Shown here piece after piece: positions 10,609-22,101 of a stretch of 64,000 nucleotides of DNA. The position numbers and the translations under genes are program-made. Under the pieces are notes generated by a model that saw nothing but the letters and a program-made list of their open reading frames with translations, was not told the origin of the DNA and searched no databases. Position 1 is the first letter of the stretch, and each line of letters starts with the position of its first letter. The DNA comes from an uncultured Candidatus Rokubacteria bacterium (GTDB lineage: Bacteria; Methylomirabilota; Methylomirabilia; Rokubacteriales; CSP1-6). The stretch lies in the NCBI GenBank assembly GCA_963789955.1, contig CAWBMV010000012.1:192001-256000 (forward strand). Direction: 5' to 3'.

Positions 10609-10747
10609 GGAATGGCGTTGTTCCTCTCGCGGTGGGAGCACGAACCCCCAGAAGCAACTATAGGCTCCCAGAATAACGGAAGCCTAGTCGAAAAGCAGGT
10701 TTACCGACTACCCTTCGATGCGCTGCTTACCAGATCTCGCTGAAAAA

Positions 10748-11082
10748 TGTCAAGGCCGAACTCAGTTGTCGTGAAAGCACCGAAGTAATTTGCGTCGTCG
10801 GCGGACCGGCACGGTCGGCCGAGCAGGCCGGCCTTTTCCTTCTCGCGGGAGGCGATAGCTCTCCTGCTTGATGTTGATGGTAGGGCGTGACGAGCCGCCG
10901 GTCGAGGATGGCCGTGGCGAGGATCTGGTCGTTGAAGACTCGCCCCACTCCCCGACCCGGCGTGGTGACCCCGACTCTGAGCGTCGACGGGTCGTCGACC
11001 TCCAGCGTCCTCGGCGCGAGATCGGCCTGGCCCTAGGCGAGCGACTCGGCGGCTCCCGATTTCGGCCCGGGTCACCTTGACC
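10748..11082 (-). mobile_element. IS21-family remnant: degraded istB 3' end plus terminal repeat
   Basis: Across frames: VGEWG.VFNDQILATAILDR..TINIKQESYRL.EKEKAGLL (IstB C-terminus); terminus TGTCAAGGCCGAAC at 10748; left boundary uncertain. Confidence 0.7.
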
Positions 11083-11221
11083 GCCACTGCAAGCCCATCG
11101 AGCGCGAAATAACCCCCGGCTTTCGGCCACCCAGATGCCTTGGGCGCCGGCTCACCGGCCCGTGGAGGTGATGCAGCGGGGATCGGGGTCACCTCCGTGC
11201 GGAACATGTCGAGGCCCGCCA

Positions 11222-12365
11222 TCACAACAGCCCGTAGAACTTGCCGGCGTTCTCGCAGGTGATCTTGTGGGTGACGTCGGCCGGCAGGTGGCCGAACTGC
11301 TCCTCGATGTACTTCGAGATTCCGGCCACACGCCGTCGCCGTGCGGGTAGTCGGAGCCCCACATGAGCGTCTCGACGCCCATGTCGTCGATGAGCTTGGT
11401 GCCGATGCGGTCGAACTGGAAGGTGCCCTTGCACTGGCGGCGCCAGTAGTCGCTCGGCTTCATCGTGAGGCCGAGGTCGCGGAAGCGGTCCTCCCACTCG
11501 AAATCCATGCGGTCGAGCGCGTAGGGAATCCAGCCGATGCCGCTCTCGCCGAACGCGATGCGCACGTTCGGATAGCGCTCGAGCACCGCGGCGCCGATGA
11601 CCGCGGCCAGGATGTTGACGAGGTTCATCTGGAAGCCGGAGACCACGGTGAAAAAGCGCCGCGCGGCGGGTGAGCCCCTTCTGCGTGTCGAGCTTGCCGG
11701 GCGGCAGCGCCGGGAACGTGTGGAAGTGGAGCGGCAGGTTCACGTCGTTCACCGCCTTCCAGAGTGGCTCCCAGACCGGATGCCACATGGGCTCCATGTC
11801 CCACGAGCACGACAGCTCCATGCCGCGAAGCCCGAGCTTCGCCACGCGATGGATCTCCTTGACCGCGGCGTCGATGTCGCCGTAGGGCAGGCAGGCCAGA
11901 CCGATGTAGCGGTCGGGGTAGTGGCTGCAGAAGTCGACCAGCCAGTCGTTGTAGATGCGGAACATCTCGTTGGCCGCCTCGCGCGTCGTTGAGCCGCGTG
12001 GCGGCGCCGAGGATGCCGTAGATCACCTCGGCGTCGACGCCGTCGCGGTCCATGTCCTTGACGCGCAGATGCGGGATCGGTGGGCCGGCGGATCGCCCTT
12101 CTTGCCGTCCTCGTAGAGGCCCGGTCGAGGCCATGACGTCGACCCGATAGTGTGAGCCGGGAACGTACTTCGCTCCGGCCGGGCCGACGCCGTTCACGAG
12201 GCCGAAGGATCCGCCGTTCCGGCAGGTCCAGTGCGGCCCGTCCGGCCCGTCGGTGACGTACGGCATCCGGTCCTTCATCGCCGCCGACGCGTTCGAGGTG
12301 AAGAGGTCGGGCGGAATCCAGGGCAGGTCGATGTGGCAGTCGGCCGAGATTCGCGTGTAGTGCAT
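11222..12365 (-). CDS. Amidohydrolase family 2 protein (several apparent frameshifts)
   Basis: ISADCHID, DMDRDGVDAEVIY, LHFH, ESGIGWIP, WGSDYPH spread over three overlapping ORFs. Confidence 0.85.
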
Positions 12366-12379
12366 GGCGGTCTCACCTG

Positions 12380-12565
12380 TTATGGTGCTTCAGCCGGACT
12401 CCTCGTACGGCGCCGAGTACGGGAAGCGGGGATCAGGGTGAGGGCGGGCTCCTCGACCCGTGGGCCCACGCCTCGAATGAATCCATTCTCCCAGATCGGC
12501 GCGAAGACCATGCGGTCGCTGAGGATCTTCTGGATCTGGTGGAGCATCTCTCGCGCTTGCGCCGT
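12380..12565 (-). pseudogene. C-terminal ~60 codons of a family-5 ABC substrate-binding protein
   Basis: Minus strand reads RKRE.MLHQIQKILSDRMVFAPIWENGFIRGVGPRVEEPALTLIP..PYSAPYE; no room upstream for the rest of the gene. Confidence 0.6.
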
Positions 12566-12611
12566 CCCGAAGATTCATCGGCCGAGGTTGATGCGCGGGG
12601 CGTTGCGGCGC

Positions 12612-13663
12612 GGCAGACGCCCGCTCGCTTCAGCACGAGCCGGAGATCCCGGCCGCCTGCTTGCGCGTGCCTGCGTCGATCTCGCGCACCATGTCGACGG
12701 TGGCCGCCGACACGGGTGTCGGCATGCCGTGCTCGCGTCCCTGCGCTACGACGTAGCCGTTCATGTAGTCGATCTCGGTCGGGCGGCCCTTTGCCACGTC
12801 TTGCGCCATCGAAGCGCGCCAGTTGCGGCCTCCCGCGGAGGTCGGCGTCAGCATCCGGTCGAGGGCGTCGTAGATCTCGCGGCGGTCGGCGTCAGCCCAC
12901 TGCTCGGCCGGCGCGCCGTTGATTTTGGGCATCGTGATGCCCGAGCGCCAAGCCGACCCGCGCGGACTCGGCCGCGAGGTTGATGGTGATCGCGCGGCCG
13001 ACCTCGCTGGACGTGATCTCGGAGACCCGCAGCCCGGACATCGCCTGGACGGGGTTGCCCGTAGCGTTCGCGCAGAGCTTGGCCCAGCGCTCGCCCCAGA
13101 GGTTCTCGGTGACCTGCGAGCCGTCGACCACGGTGAGGATCTCGGCCAGTTCGTTGGTGCGCGGGGTGATCGTGCCGTCGTGCTCGCCGACGCGGAAGAC
13201 GTCGTGGCCGGTGCCCTGGCCCTTCTCGGTGCCGCGCTCGACCGGCCCGGCTTCCACAGGGCGACACCGATCTTCGACATGACGAGACCGACGGAGCGCA
13301 GGCGCCGGCCACCGACGCGACGATCGGATCCGGCCAGCAATTTTCGGACGCGACGATGTAGCCCTCCGGCTTCAGGTGCCGGAGCGCCAGCTGGGCCGCC
13401 CATGCCGTGTCGTAGACCTTCATGGCGACGAAGGCCAGGTCGAAGTCGCGCGGCATGCGCTGCGACTCGTTGAGATGAAACGCCTTCGGATGCGCCTCGA
13501 AGGGGTCATGCGGCCCGGTGACGGAGATGCCCTTCTTGCGGATGGCTTCGACCTGCTCGGCCCAGGGATCGACGAGCGTCACGTCGTGGCCGGCCCGCGA
13601 CAGGAACGATCCGATGTAACTGCCAATGGCGCCGGCGCCGACGAACAGGATCTTCTTGGCCAT
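12612..13663 (-). CDS. Ketopantoate reductase (PanE/ApbA) family protein, frameshifted
   Basis: GAGAIG Rossmann motif, AMKVYD, ERWAKLCANA, ASMAQDVAKGRPTEIDYMNG. Confidence 0.85.
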
Positions 13664-13722
13664 GCGGTCCTCCCGTTGGTCTACGAATTCTGGCTCGCGC
13701 TAGTGCCGGGCATTATCGCGCG

Positions 13723-15536
13723 TCACGGACCCGACCGCCAGTCCCAGCCGGCGGCCTCGAGCTCGAGCAGCGCGGCGAAGCGGCCGCCGCGCGCGCGAGC
13801 TCGGCGGGCGGTCCTTCCTCCACGATCGCGCCGCGGTCGAGGACGACGACCCGGTCGGCCTCCATGGCGGTCGAGAGCCGGTGCGCGACCGTCAGCACGG
13901 CGCATCCTGCCGGCAAGACGGACCGCGCAGCGCCGCGCGAAAGCGCCGCGTCGCTCGCGCCGTCGATCGCGGCCGTCGCTTCGTCGAGCAGGAGCACCGC
14001 CGGCTCGCGCACCAGCGCCCGCGCGAGCGCCAGGAGCTGCTGCTGGCCGGCCGAGAGCTGCGCGCCGTGCCGCCGCGACCGCCGCTCAGCAGCGTCTGAT
14101 AGCCCTGCGGCAGCGCGCGGATGAACGCGTCGGCCCCGCGATCCTGGCCGCTCGAGCACGGCTGCCTCCGGCACCGAGGCGTCGCCGAGCGTGAGGTTCT
14201 CGAGGACCGTCCCTGAGAAGAGCTGGACCATCTGCGGCACCACGCCGACGAGCTCGCGGCGCTCCGATTCCTCCAGCATCGCCGGATCGCGGCCGGCGAT
14301 CCGGACGGTGCCGGGCCAGGGCGCGTAGAGCCCGGCCAGAAGGTGGAGAGCGCTCGTCTTGCCGGCGCCGGTACGCCCGACCAGCGCCACGTGCTCGCCC
14401 GGTGCGACCGCAGCGAGATGCCGTGCAGCACCGGCTGCTCCTCGGCGTAGCCGAAGACGACGTCGACCGAGATCGATCGCGGTCGGCCGCGGCGTTCGCC
14501 GGCTGCGTCGTGGCCGGCGCCCGCGTTCGCGGGGGCAGCGCCAGCATCTCGAAGATGCGCTCGGCGCCGGACAGGGCGCCCTGGACGGTCTGCCACTCGT
14601 CGCCGAGCGCGGTGATCGGCTGGAAGAAGCGCTGGAGGAGCATCAGGAACGCCGTCAGGGTGCCGATCGAGATGCCGAGCGCGCCGAACGTCGGCTCGCG
14701 TCCCCGCCCACAGCAGGAGGGCGACGGCCACGCTGAGAGGATCGCGGTCACCGGCGTGTAGAGGGCGGAGAAGCAGCGTCGCGCGGTTGGACGCGGCCAG
14801 CGCGCGCGCGAGCACCCGGCGGAAGCGCCGACCGCTCCGCCCTCGCGACCGAAGGCCCGGATGACCTCGACGCCGCGGAGGGTTTCCTGGAGCCGAGCGG
14901 TGATCGCGCCGACCGCGATGCGGTTGGCGCGCTCGGCCTCGCGCACGCGCACCTGCAAGAAGCGGAGCGTCAATCACGAGCGGCGGGACGACCAGCGCGG
15001 CGACGAGGGTGAGGGCGGGCTCAGGACGACCATCGCGACGGCGACCGTCAGCAGCCGCACGAGGTTCGCCACCAGGACGGCGACGCCCGACGAGAAGACC
15101 GTGTCGAGCGTCTCGACGTCGGCGGTGCAGCGGCTGATGACGTCGCCGAGGGGCGTGCGGTCGAAGTAGCTCGCGGGCAGGCGCTGCAGGTGCGCGAAGA
15201 GCCGCACCCGCAGACGGCTGAGCACGCCCTGGGCGATCGTCGCCGCCAGGTAGCTGTAGAGGAACGTCATCGCCTGGACGGCGGCGGTGGCGCCGAGGTA
15301 GAGGAGCGCGAGCACGAGCAGGCCGGCCGACCGGCCGGCGATCAGATGGTCGTCGACGATCGCGCGGACGATGAGCGGCGGCACCAGCTCGAAGGACGGC
15401 GGCGGCCAGCACGCACAGCGACGACGGCGATCGGCTCGCGCCGCGCCAGGGCCGGAGCGAGGTTCCCAGAGTTCGCGGCCAGCGAGCGAGCCGCTGCGGT
15501 CGTCGGTCGTCGCGCGAGGGCGACGACTGCGCTCAT
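13723..15536 (-). CDS. ABC exporter, fused permease/ATPase subunit B (heavily frameshifted)
   Basis: GRTGAGKT Walker A, LSAGQQQLL, LLLDEATAAID; TM region with YFDRTPLGDVISR. Confidence 0.8.
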
Positions 15537-17409
15537 CGACCGCCGTCCCGGCGACCGCGTCGACCTCGGCGTCGCGCTGCGCCCGGTAGATGCGCGCGTA
15601 CAGCCCGGCTGCCGCCAGCAGCTCGGCGTGCGTTCCCTTCTCCTCGATCCGGCCGTCTTCCAGCACGACGACCCGGTCGGCCTGCGGAAAGGCCGCCAGC
15701 CGATGCGAGCACAGGACGATCGTGGCGCGCTCCTCGGGCGGCGCCTCGGGCCGAAGGCCTGCGCAGCGCCGCGACGATCCGCGCCTCGGTCTTGACGTCG
15801 ACCGCCGAGAACGGATCGTCCAGCACCAGCAGCCCCGGCAGGCCGCGGCGCGGCCGCGGCGATCGCGCGCGCCAGGCCGATGCGCTGGCGCTGCCCGCCG
15901 GAGATGCGCATGCCCGAGCTCGCCGATCTCGGTGTCCAGCCCGCGCGGAAAGCCGCGCAGGTCGTCGTCCAGCGCCGCCAGCCGCACCGCGCTTCAGCAG
16001 GAACGGATCGTCGCGTCGGCGCACCGCCTCGGCCCGAGCGCGACGTTCTCCCGGACCGAGCCGGAGAACAGGAGCGGGTCCTGCGGCAGGTAGCCGATCG
16101 AGTCCGCGCCGTTCGCTCGCGGCGTGAGCGTCGTCGAGCGGACGGCCATCGAGGAGCACGGCGCCCGACTCGAGGGATAGATGCCCAGCAGCGCCCGCGC
16201 CAGCGCGCTCTTGCCCGAGCCGACCGGCCCGGTGACGGCGACGAGGGCCCCGGCGGAATGTCGAGGCCAGCTCCGTGAGCGCGGGCGCTCGGCGCCCGGG
16301 TAGCGGAAGGTGACGTCGCGCAGCGACACGGCGACCGGACCCGGACGTCCGCGCGCGGGCCTGGCCGCAGTCGCGGCGATCCCGGCGACGTGCCCGGCCT
16401 GGAAGGAGGCGACGCGCGGCTCGCCCGCGACGCCGAGCGCGCGGCGCGAGCAGCGGGCGCAGCCGCGCATAGGCGGCGCCGCCGCTCTGGATCGAGTTGA
16501 CCAGCTGCGGGAATGCGAAAGCCGCGGTTGACGAAGCGCAGGTAGAGCTCCAGGTAGGCGACGAAGGCGCCCACCGTCATGGCGCCGGCGACGACGCGCT
16601 CGCCGCCCTGCCAGACGACAAGCAGGACGCCGGCGGTCATGAGCGTGGTGTAGACGGGCTGGAGGCCGCCCGAGCCGGACGAGGCTCAGGTTGCGCTCGG
16701 CGAAGCCGCCGCGACAGCGCGGCGATCGCGCTCGACCGCCGCGCCGGCCCGGCCGAACAGGCGCAGCACGCGGATGCCGGCCAGCTGCTCCTGGAGCGCC
16801 GCGGTCAGGTCGGCGTTGGCCTCGCGCGCCCTCGTCGTGCGCCCGCGCGACCCAGCGGCCCGTCGCGTGCGCGAGCAGCATGGCGCACCGGCACCGGCGA
16901 GCAGCGCCAGCAGCGTCAGGCGCGGGTCGAAGACGAGCATCGCGACGACGAACGAGAGCGAAAAGAGCACGGTGTCCCAGGTCTCGATGGTGAACTCGCG
17001 CACGCCGACGCCGAGCACCTCGACGTCGCCGATGATGCGCGCCATCAGGTCGCCGATCGGGGTCTGGTGCAGGTCGGCCATCGGCCAGGCCAGGACGCCG
17101 CGCAACGCATCGGCGCGCAGGTTGGCGCGGATGCGGGCGTTGGCGGTCATCAGCCACCAGCGCTTGAGCGATGCGCGGCCCCTCGGTCAGCAGCGTGCCG
17201 CCGACGAAGGCCAGCGCCGCCCAGCCGACGTCGGCGGCCGTGGCCTCGCCCCGCTCCAGCGCCAGCGCGCGTGTCGATCGCCCGGCCCAGCAGGATCGCC
17301 GGCAGGACCACGGCGGTGTTCATGACGATGCCGGCGAGCGGAGCCGAGCACGAGCTCGCCCGCCACCTGCCGGAAGTACGGGCGCATCTCCCAGAGGATA
17401 GGCGAGCAT
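15533..17409 (-). CDS. ABC exporter, fused permease/ATPase subunit A (heavily frameshifted)
   Basis: GPVGSGKS, ISGGQRQRIGLARA, LVLDDPFSAVD; ATGA overlap with subunit B suggests a heterodimer. Confidence 0.8.
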
Positions 17410-17418
17410 GGGGCGCCG

Positions 17419-17834
17419 CTACGGCGCGAGACGGGCACCGGCGTGTGGAGGAGCGCGGTGACGCGCGCGACGATGACGTCCCGCGCCTTCGCGAAATCCT
17501 CGCTCACGGCGGGCACGTCGTCCCAGCGCTCGAGCGCCAGCCGCGGGCGGCGCCAGCCGGCCAGGTCGCAGGCGAAGGTCACGACGGCGCGACGCGCCCG
17601 CGACGTCGGCACGCGTCAGCGCCGTGCGGTCGGCGCCCGCGACGTCGATGCCTTCGGCGAGCAATCCCTGGACGACCGTGGGCGGGACCTCGCGGTCGGG
17701 CTCCGTCCCGGCCGGAGACGCGCGTGCACGTCGAGTCCGCGCTCGGCGGCGAGGCGGTGGAAGTGCTCGGCGGCGATGAGGCTCTTCGCCGATCCGTGGA
17801 GGCAGACGAACAGGACGTTCGCCGAAGTCGCCAT
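17419..17834 (-). CDS. LMW protein-tyrosine-phosphatase / ArsC-fold protein with variant P-loop (frameshifted)
   Basis: NVLFVCLHGSAKSLIAA; later VVTFACDL and RWDDVPAVSEDF. Confidence 0.7.
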
Positions 17835-17844
17835 GGTGCGCCTC

Positions 17845-19036
17845 CTATTTGACGAAGACCCATTCGGGTTGGAGCAGCGGGAACGCGATCAGGCCCGATC
17901 GCGGCCGCGCGGCCACGAGCAACGGGTTGCTGACCTTCCAGCGGAACAGCACGACCGAGGCTGCCGAGCGCGACCAGCGCCGTCAGCCAGTCGCCGATCG
18001 CGATCCTCCCGAGCAGGACGCACGCGCCGAGGATCGTGCCGATGGCCGCCGCGTAGGCGCCCTTGACGAAGCCCTGCACGTTCGGGTTGGCGCGGTACCG
18101 GATGAGGATCGGCGCCACGATGAGGACGAGCAGGAAGGACGGCAGGAAGATGCCGATGGTCGCGACCAGCGCGCCCCAGAAGCCGGCGACGAGGTAGCCG
18201 ACGAAGGTCGCCGTGATGACGACCGGACCCGGGCTGATCATGCCCATGGCGACGGCGACCAGGAACTCGCGCTCGTTGAGCCAGCCCGTCTGCTGCACGA
18301 GCCCCTTCTCGAGGAACGGCACGATGACCAGCCCGCTGCCGAAGGTCAAGCGAGCCCGCCTTCAGGAAGAAGGCGAAGAGCTTGCCGAGCATCGCGCCCG
18401 AGACTGACGGCCGGCGCCGTGCGGCGCACGAGCGGCACGGCCGCGCAGCAGGGACGACGTCGTCGACGCGGCGCGCGGGCCCGGAACAGGGAGCCGTAGT
18501 AGAGGATGCCGACGACGCCCGCAGCCGAGGAAGACCAGCGCGACCTCCGCCCGCACGGCGACGGTGACGACGAAGCACACCGCGGCGATCGCCCACTGGA
18601 GCCAGTCCTCCATGCCGAGCTTCGCCAGGCGATAGCAGGAGTGGAGGATGAGCGCGATCACCGCCGGGCTCACGCCGTAGAAGATGCGCGTGACCGGCGG
18701 CAGTCCCCCGAAGTGCACGTAGAGCGCCCCGAGCGTCGCCACGATGAGGAAGTTGGGCAGGATGAACGCCCAGCCGCCCGCCCACGCGCCCCAGAAGCCG
18801 CCCCGGAGGTACGAGATCCAGATGCCGACCTGGATGGCGAGCGGCCCCGGGAGCGACTGGCAGACCGCGATGCCCTCGCGCATCTCGTCCGTGGTGAGCC
18901 ACTTCTTGTCGCCGACCAGCTCGCGCTCCATCTGGCCGACGAGCGCGACGGGACCGCCGAATCCGAGCAGGCCGAGGCGCAGGTAGTACCGGACGAGCTC
19001 GCGGATCGGCACACGGCGGGGTCTCGTCGGCTCCAT
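17845..19036 (-). CDS. chrA: Chromate efflux transporter, long-chain CHR family (frameshifted)
   Basis: Two CHR halves: GLLGFGGP..QSLPGP and TFGSG..ISPGPVVITATFVGY. Confidence 0.9.
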
Positions 19037-19073
19037 CGCCGGTCCTCCTCGCTCGATCGGCCTCGAGGGGAGT

Positions 19074-19108
19074 GTAACGCTTGACTAGAGTGTAGCAAGC
19101 GTTACTGT
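19074..19108. promoter_or_regulatory. Palindromic operator overlapping a sigma70-like promoter between chrA and chrB
   Basis: GTAACGCTTG-N12-CAAGCGTTAC perfect inverted repeat; TTGACT (19081) N16 TACTGT (19103). Confidence 0.65.
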
Positions 19109-19115
19109 CGGACCC

Positions 19116-20072
19116 ATGCGCTGGCTGACGCTGCTGACGACGCTGCCTCCCACGCCGACCCGGCACCGCGTCGGAGTGTGGCGGAAGCTCCAGCGCATGG
19201 GCGCCGTCCGGCTCCGCGGCCCGGCTGGATCCTGCCCGAGACCCCGGAGACGACCGAGCTCTTCCAGTGGCTCGTGCAGGAGATCCAGTCGTTCCGCGGC
19301 GAGGCGACGCTGCTGCGCGTCGATCGTGTCGAGACCATGACCGACGAGGAGATCGCCGCGCTGTTTCACAAGGCGCGCGGCGCCGAGTACGAGGCGGTGA
19401 ACCGGGGGTGCCGCGACGTCCTCCGCAGCTCGATCGCTACCAGGCGAACCATCGCGGCTCGGCCCGACCGCTCCGCGCCAAGCTGGACGGCCTCAAGCGC
19501 GAGCTGGACCGGGTCCAGTCCATCGACTACCTGAAGGCGCCGGCGGGCCAGCGCGCCCGCACCCTGTGGGAGACGACGGCCAAGCGCCTGCGCGCGGCCG
19601 AGGCGCGGCCCCGCGCCGACCGGCGCGCGCCACCGCACGGTCGCTGCCCGCGCCGGGCAGCACGTGGGTGACGCGGCCGCGGCCGCACATCGACCGCATC
19701 GCGTCGGCGTGGCTCATCAAGCGCTTCTGCGATCCGGAGGCGACGTTCGCGTTCGCCGATGCGGCCGACGCCGCGCGCAAGGGCATCCCGTTCGACGTCC
19801 TCGGCGCCGACTTCGGCCACCACGGCGAGGACTGCACGTTCGAGACGCTGGTCAAGCGCTTCGGGATCAAGGATCGGCGCGTCAAGCACATCGCCGAGAT
19901 CGTGCACGAGGCCGATCTGCACGACGGCAAGTTCACGCGGAACGAGGCCATCGGCGTGGACCTCGCGATCAACGCGCCTCGTCGAGGCCACGCCGGACGA
20001 CCACGAGCTGCTCGAGCGCGGGATGGCGATCTTCGAAGGGCTGTACGCGGTGTTGAAGCAGAAGAAGCGTAG
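19116..20072 (+). CDS. chrB: Chromate resistance regulator ChrB (frameshifted; end approximate)
   Basis: N-domain RVGVWRKLQRMGA; C-domain WVTRPRPHIDRIASAWLIKRF, FGHHGEDCTFETL, IVHEADLHDGKF. Confidence 0.88.
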
Positions 20073-20086
20073 CGGGTGGGGCTGGG

Positions 20087-20757
20087 ATGCCCGGGTGTCC
20101 CGCCGGGGCCTGGTCAGGCGGGGCGGCGGCGCGCGGCGCTTATGGAGCTGCGCGCGGTGGGCTCGCGGGCGCGGCCCCGGCGGAGATCAAGGTGCCCGAG
20201 GACGCTCAGGCGAGACGTTCGACTTCGAGACGGACGGTCTTCCGGGCTGGACGTCGGCCATGGTCAGTGGGGGATCGAGGAGATGGTCGACGCGCCGAGC
20301 GGCAGGAAGGTGCTCGTGCAGCGCGCGACGCGGAATGCGTTCAACGTGATCGTGGCGCCGGTCGGGCCGTTCACCGACGTCGACGTGACGGTGCAGTTCT
20401 ATCCGATCTCCGGCCGGGAAGGACGTGTCGGGCGGCATCGTGTTCCGCTTCGCGGACGGTAAGTACTACGTCCTCCGCGCGAATGCGCTCGAGGACAACT
20501 TTCGCCTGTACGCCTACGACGGCGCGCGCCGCGAGCTGGCGGGCGGCGCCGGTGAAGCCGCCGCCGCTCGGGCAGTGGCACAGGGTTCGTGTCGTCGTCG
20601 GCGGCGACCACGTTCAGGGGTGGCTCGACGGAAGGGGTTGCTCGACCATCGGGATGCGCGTTTCAAGTCCGGGCGCGTGGGGCTGTGGACGAAGGCCGAT
20701 TCGATCACGGCGTTTGACGACCTCCATGTTCGTGGTGCGAAAGGGAGCGGCCAATGA
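20087..20757 (+). CDS. Secreted concanavalin-like (DUF1080-type) domain protein, frameshifted
   Basis: GGIVFRFADGKYYVLRANALEDNFRLY, WHRVRVVV, GRVGLWTKADSITAFDDL. Confidence 0.6.
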
Positions 20758-21647
20758 AATACGCGATCGTCCTGTTCGGTCTCTTCGTGCTCGGCGCCGT
20801 GCCGATCGTGGCGCGTGCCGCCGACCCCGACTGGAAAGCGGTGGAACAGGCGCTCGGCAAGCCGGGCCAGCTACAGCCCGGCGATGTCTTCCGGGTCGGC
20901 ATGCCTCGCGCCGACCTTGCGGTCACCGTCAAGGGTGTCCCCATCAAGGCGGGATTTGCCCTGGGATCCTATGCAGCCTTCAAGCAGACGGGCGACCACG
21001 CGATGGTCATGGGCGATCTCGTCCTGCTCGATCAGGAAGTGCCCGCGGTGATGTCCGGCCTCTTAGGCGGCGGGCTCGAGGTCACCGCGGTGCACAACCA
21101 CCTGAACGAGATGACGCCACACGTCATGTACATGCACTACGAAGGCCACGGCGACGCGATCCAGCTGGCGAAGGCGTTGCGTCAGGCCTTGTCGGCTAGT
21201 GGGACGCCCCTGGGCGTCGCGCCGGCGGCCGCGGCGGCCGGCGGGCCTGTCCTCGACACGAAGCCGATCGAGCAGGCGCTCGGCCGTCAAGGGCGCGACA
21301 TCGGCGGCGGCGTCTACCAGATCACCGTCCCCCGCACGGAAGCCATCACCGAGATGGGGCAGCCGTTGTTGCCTGCCATGGGCGTGGTGACGGTGATGAA
21401 CTTCCAGCCGACGGCGGACGGCAAGGCGGCGATCACCGGGGACTTCGTGCTCGTCGACAAGGAAGTGAACGCCGTCGCGAAGACGTTGCGCCAGCACGGG
21501 ATCGACGTGACCGCGATCCACAACCATGGGCTCATGGACACGCCGCGGCTCTTCGACACGGACTTCTGGGGCGACGACGACCCGGCGAAGCTCGCCGTGG
21601 GCTTGAAGGCCGCGCTCGACCAGACCAACAGCGTCAAGGCGAAGTAG
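20754..21647 (+). CDS. DUF1259 (LppY/LpqO-like) secreted protein with duplicated domain
   Basis: Twice-repeated GD(L/F)VL...VTA(V/I)HNH; signal peptide. Confidence 0.8.
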   Translation: MKYAIVLFGLFVLGAVPIVARAADPDWKAVEQALGKPGQLQPGDVFRVGMPRADLAVTVKGVPIKAGFALGSYAAFKQTGDHAMVMGDLVLLDQEVPAVMSGLLGGGLEVTAVHNHLNEMTPHVMYMHYEGHGDAIQLAKALRQALSASGTPLGVAPAAAAAGGPVLDTKPIEQALGRQGRDIGGGVYQITVPRTEAITEMGQPLLPAMGVVTVMNFQPTADGKAAITGDFVLVDKEVNAVAKTLRQHGIDVTAIHNHGLMDTPRLFDTDFWGDDDPAKLAVGLKAALDQTNSVKAK

Positions 21648-21661
21648 GAAAGGAGATCGCG

Positions 21662-22087
21662 ATGAAATGGGTGACTCGTGAAAAGGCGCGTGTCGACCGC
21701 ATCGCCTGTCCGTGGCTGATCACGCGGTTCATCGATGAGAACCCGACGTTCCTCTTCGTGCCGGCGAACCAGGTCATGACGGTTGCCGAGCGTGAAGGGG
21801 CCATCCCCTACGACGTTCCGGGGGTGGAGCTCGGACACGCCGGCGACCGTTGCTCCTTCGATGCGTTCCTGGGGAAGCACAAGCTGGATGACCCGGCGCT
21901 CCGTGCGCTTGCCCTCATCGTGCGAGGCGCGGACACCGACGCGCGCCAGCTGACGCCGGAGTCGTGGGGACTCTACGCGGCCGCGACCGGCTTCCAGGCC
22001 ATCGCCCGAGACGACTTCGACAACATGGCGCGGCAGTTCCCCATGTACGACGCGCTCTACGCCTATTGCCGTTCCGGGAAGCACTAG
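21662..22087 (+). CDS. Stand-alone ChrB C-terminal domain protein (ChrF-like)
   Basis: MKWVTREKARVDRIACPWLITRFID, HAGDRCSFDAFL, IVRGADT, YDALYAYC. Confidence 0.85.
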   Translation: MKWVTREKARVDRIACPWLITRFIDENPTFLFVPANQVMTVAEREGAIPYDVPGVELGHAGDRCSFDAFLGKHKLDDPALRALALIVRGADTDARQLTPESWGLYAAATGFQAIARDDFDNMARQFPMYDALYAYCRSGKH

Positions 22088-22101
22088 GACCCGGCGGCGC
22101 C

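Noticed and set aside
9288..10739. 9-bp direct repeat CAGATCTCG flanking the GT4 segment as a target-site duplication
   Set aside because: AGATCTCG-type words are common in this sequence, and the IS end lies outside the pair rather than inside.
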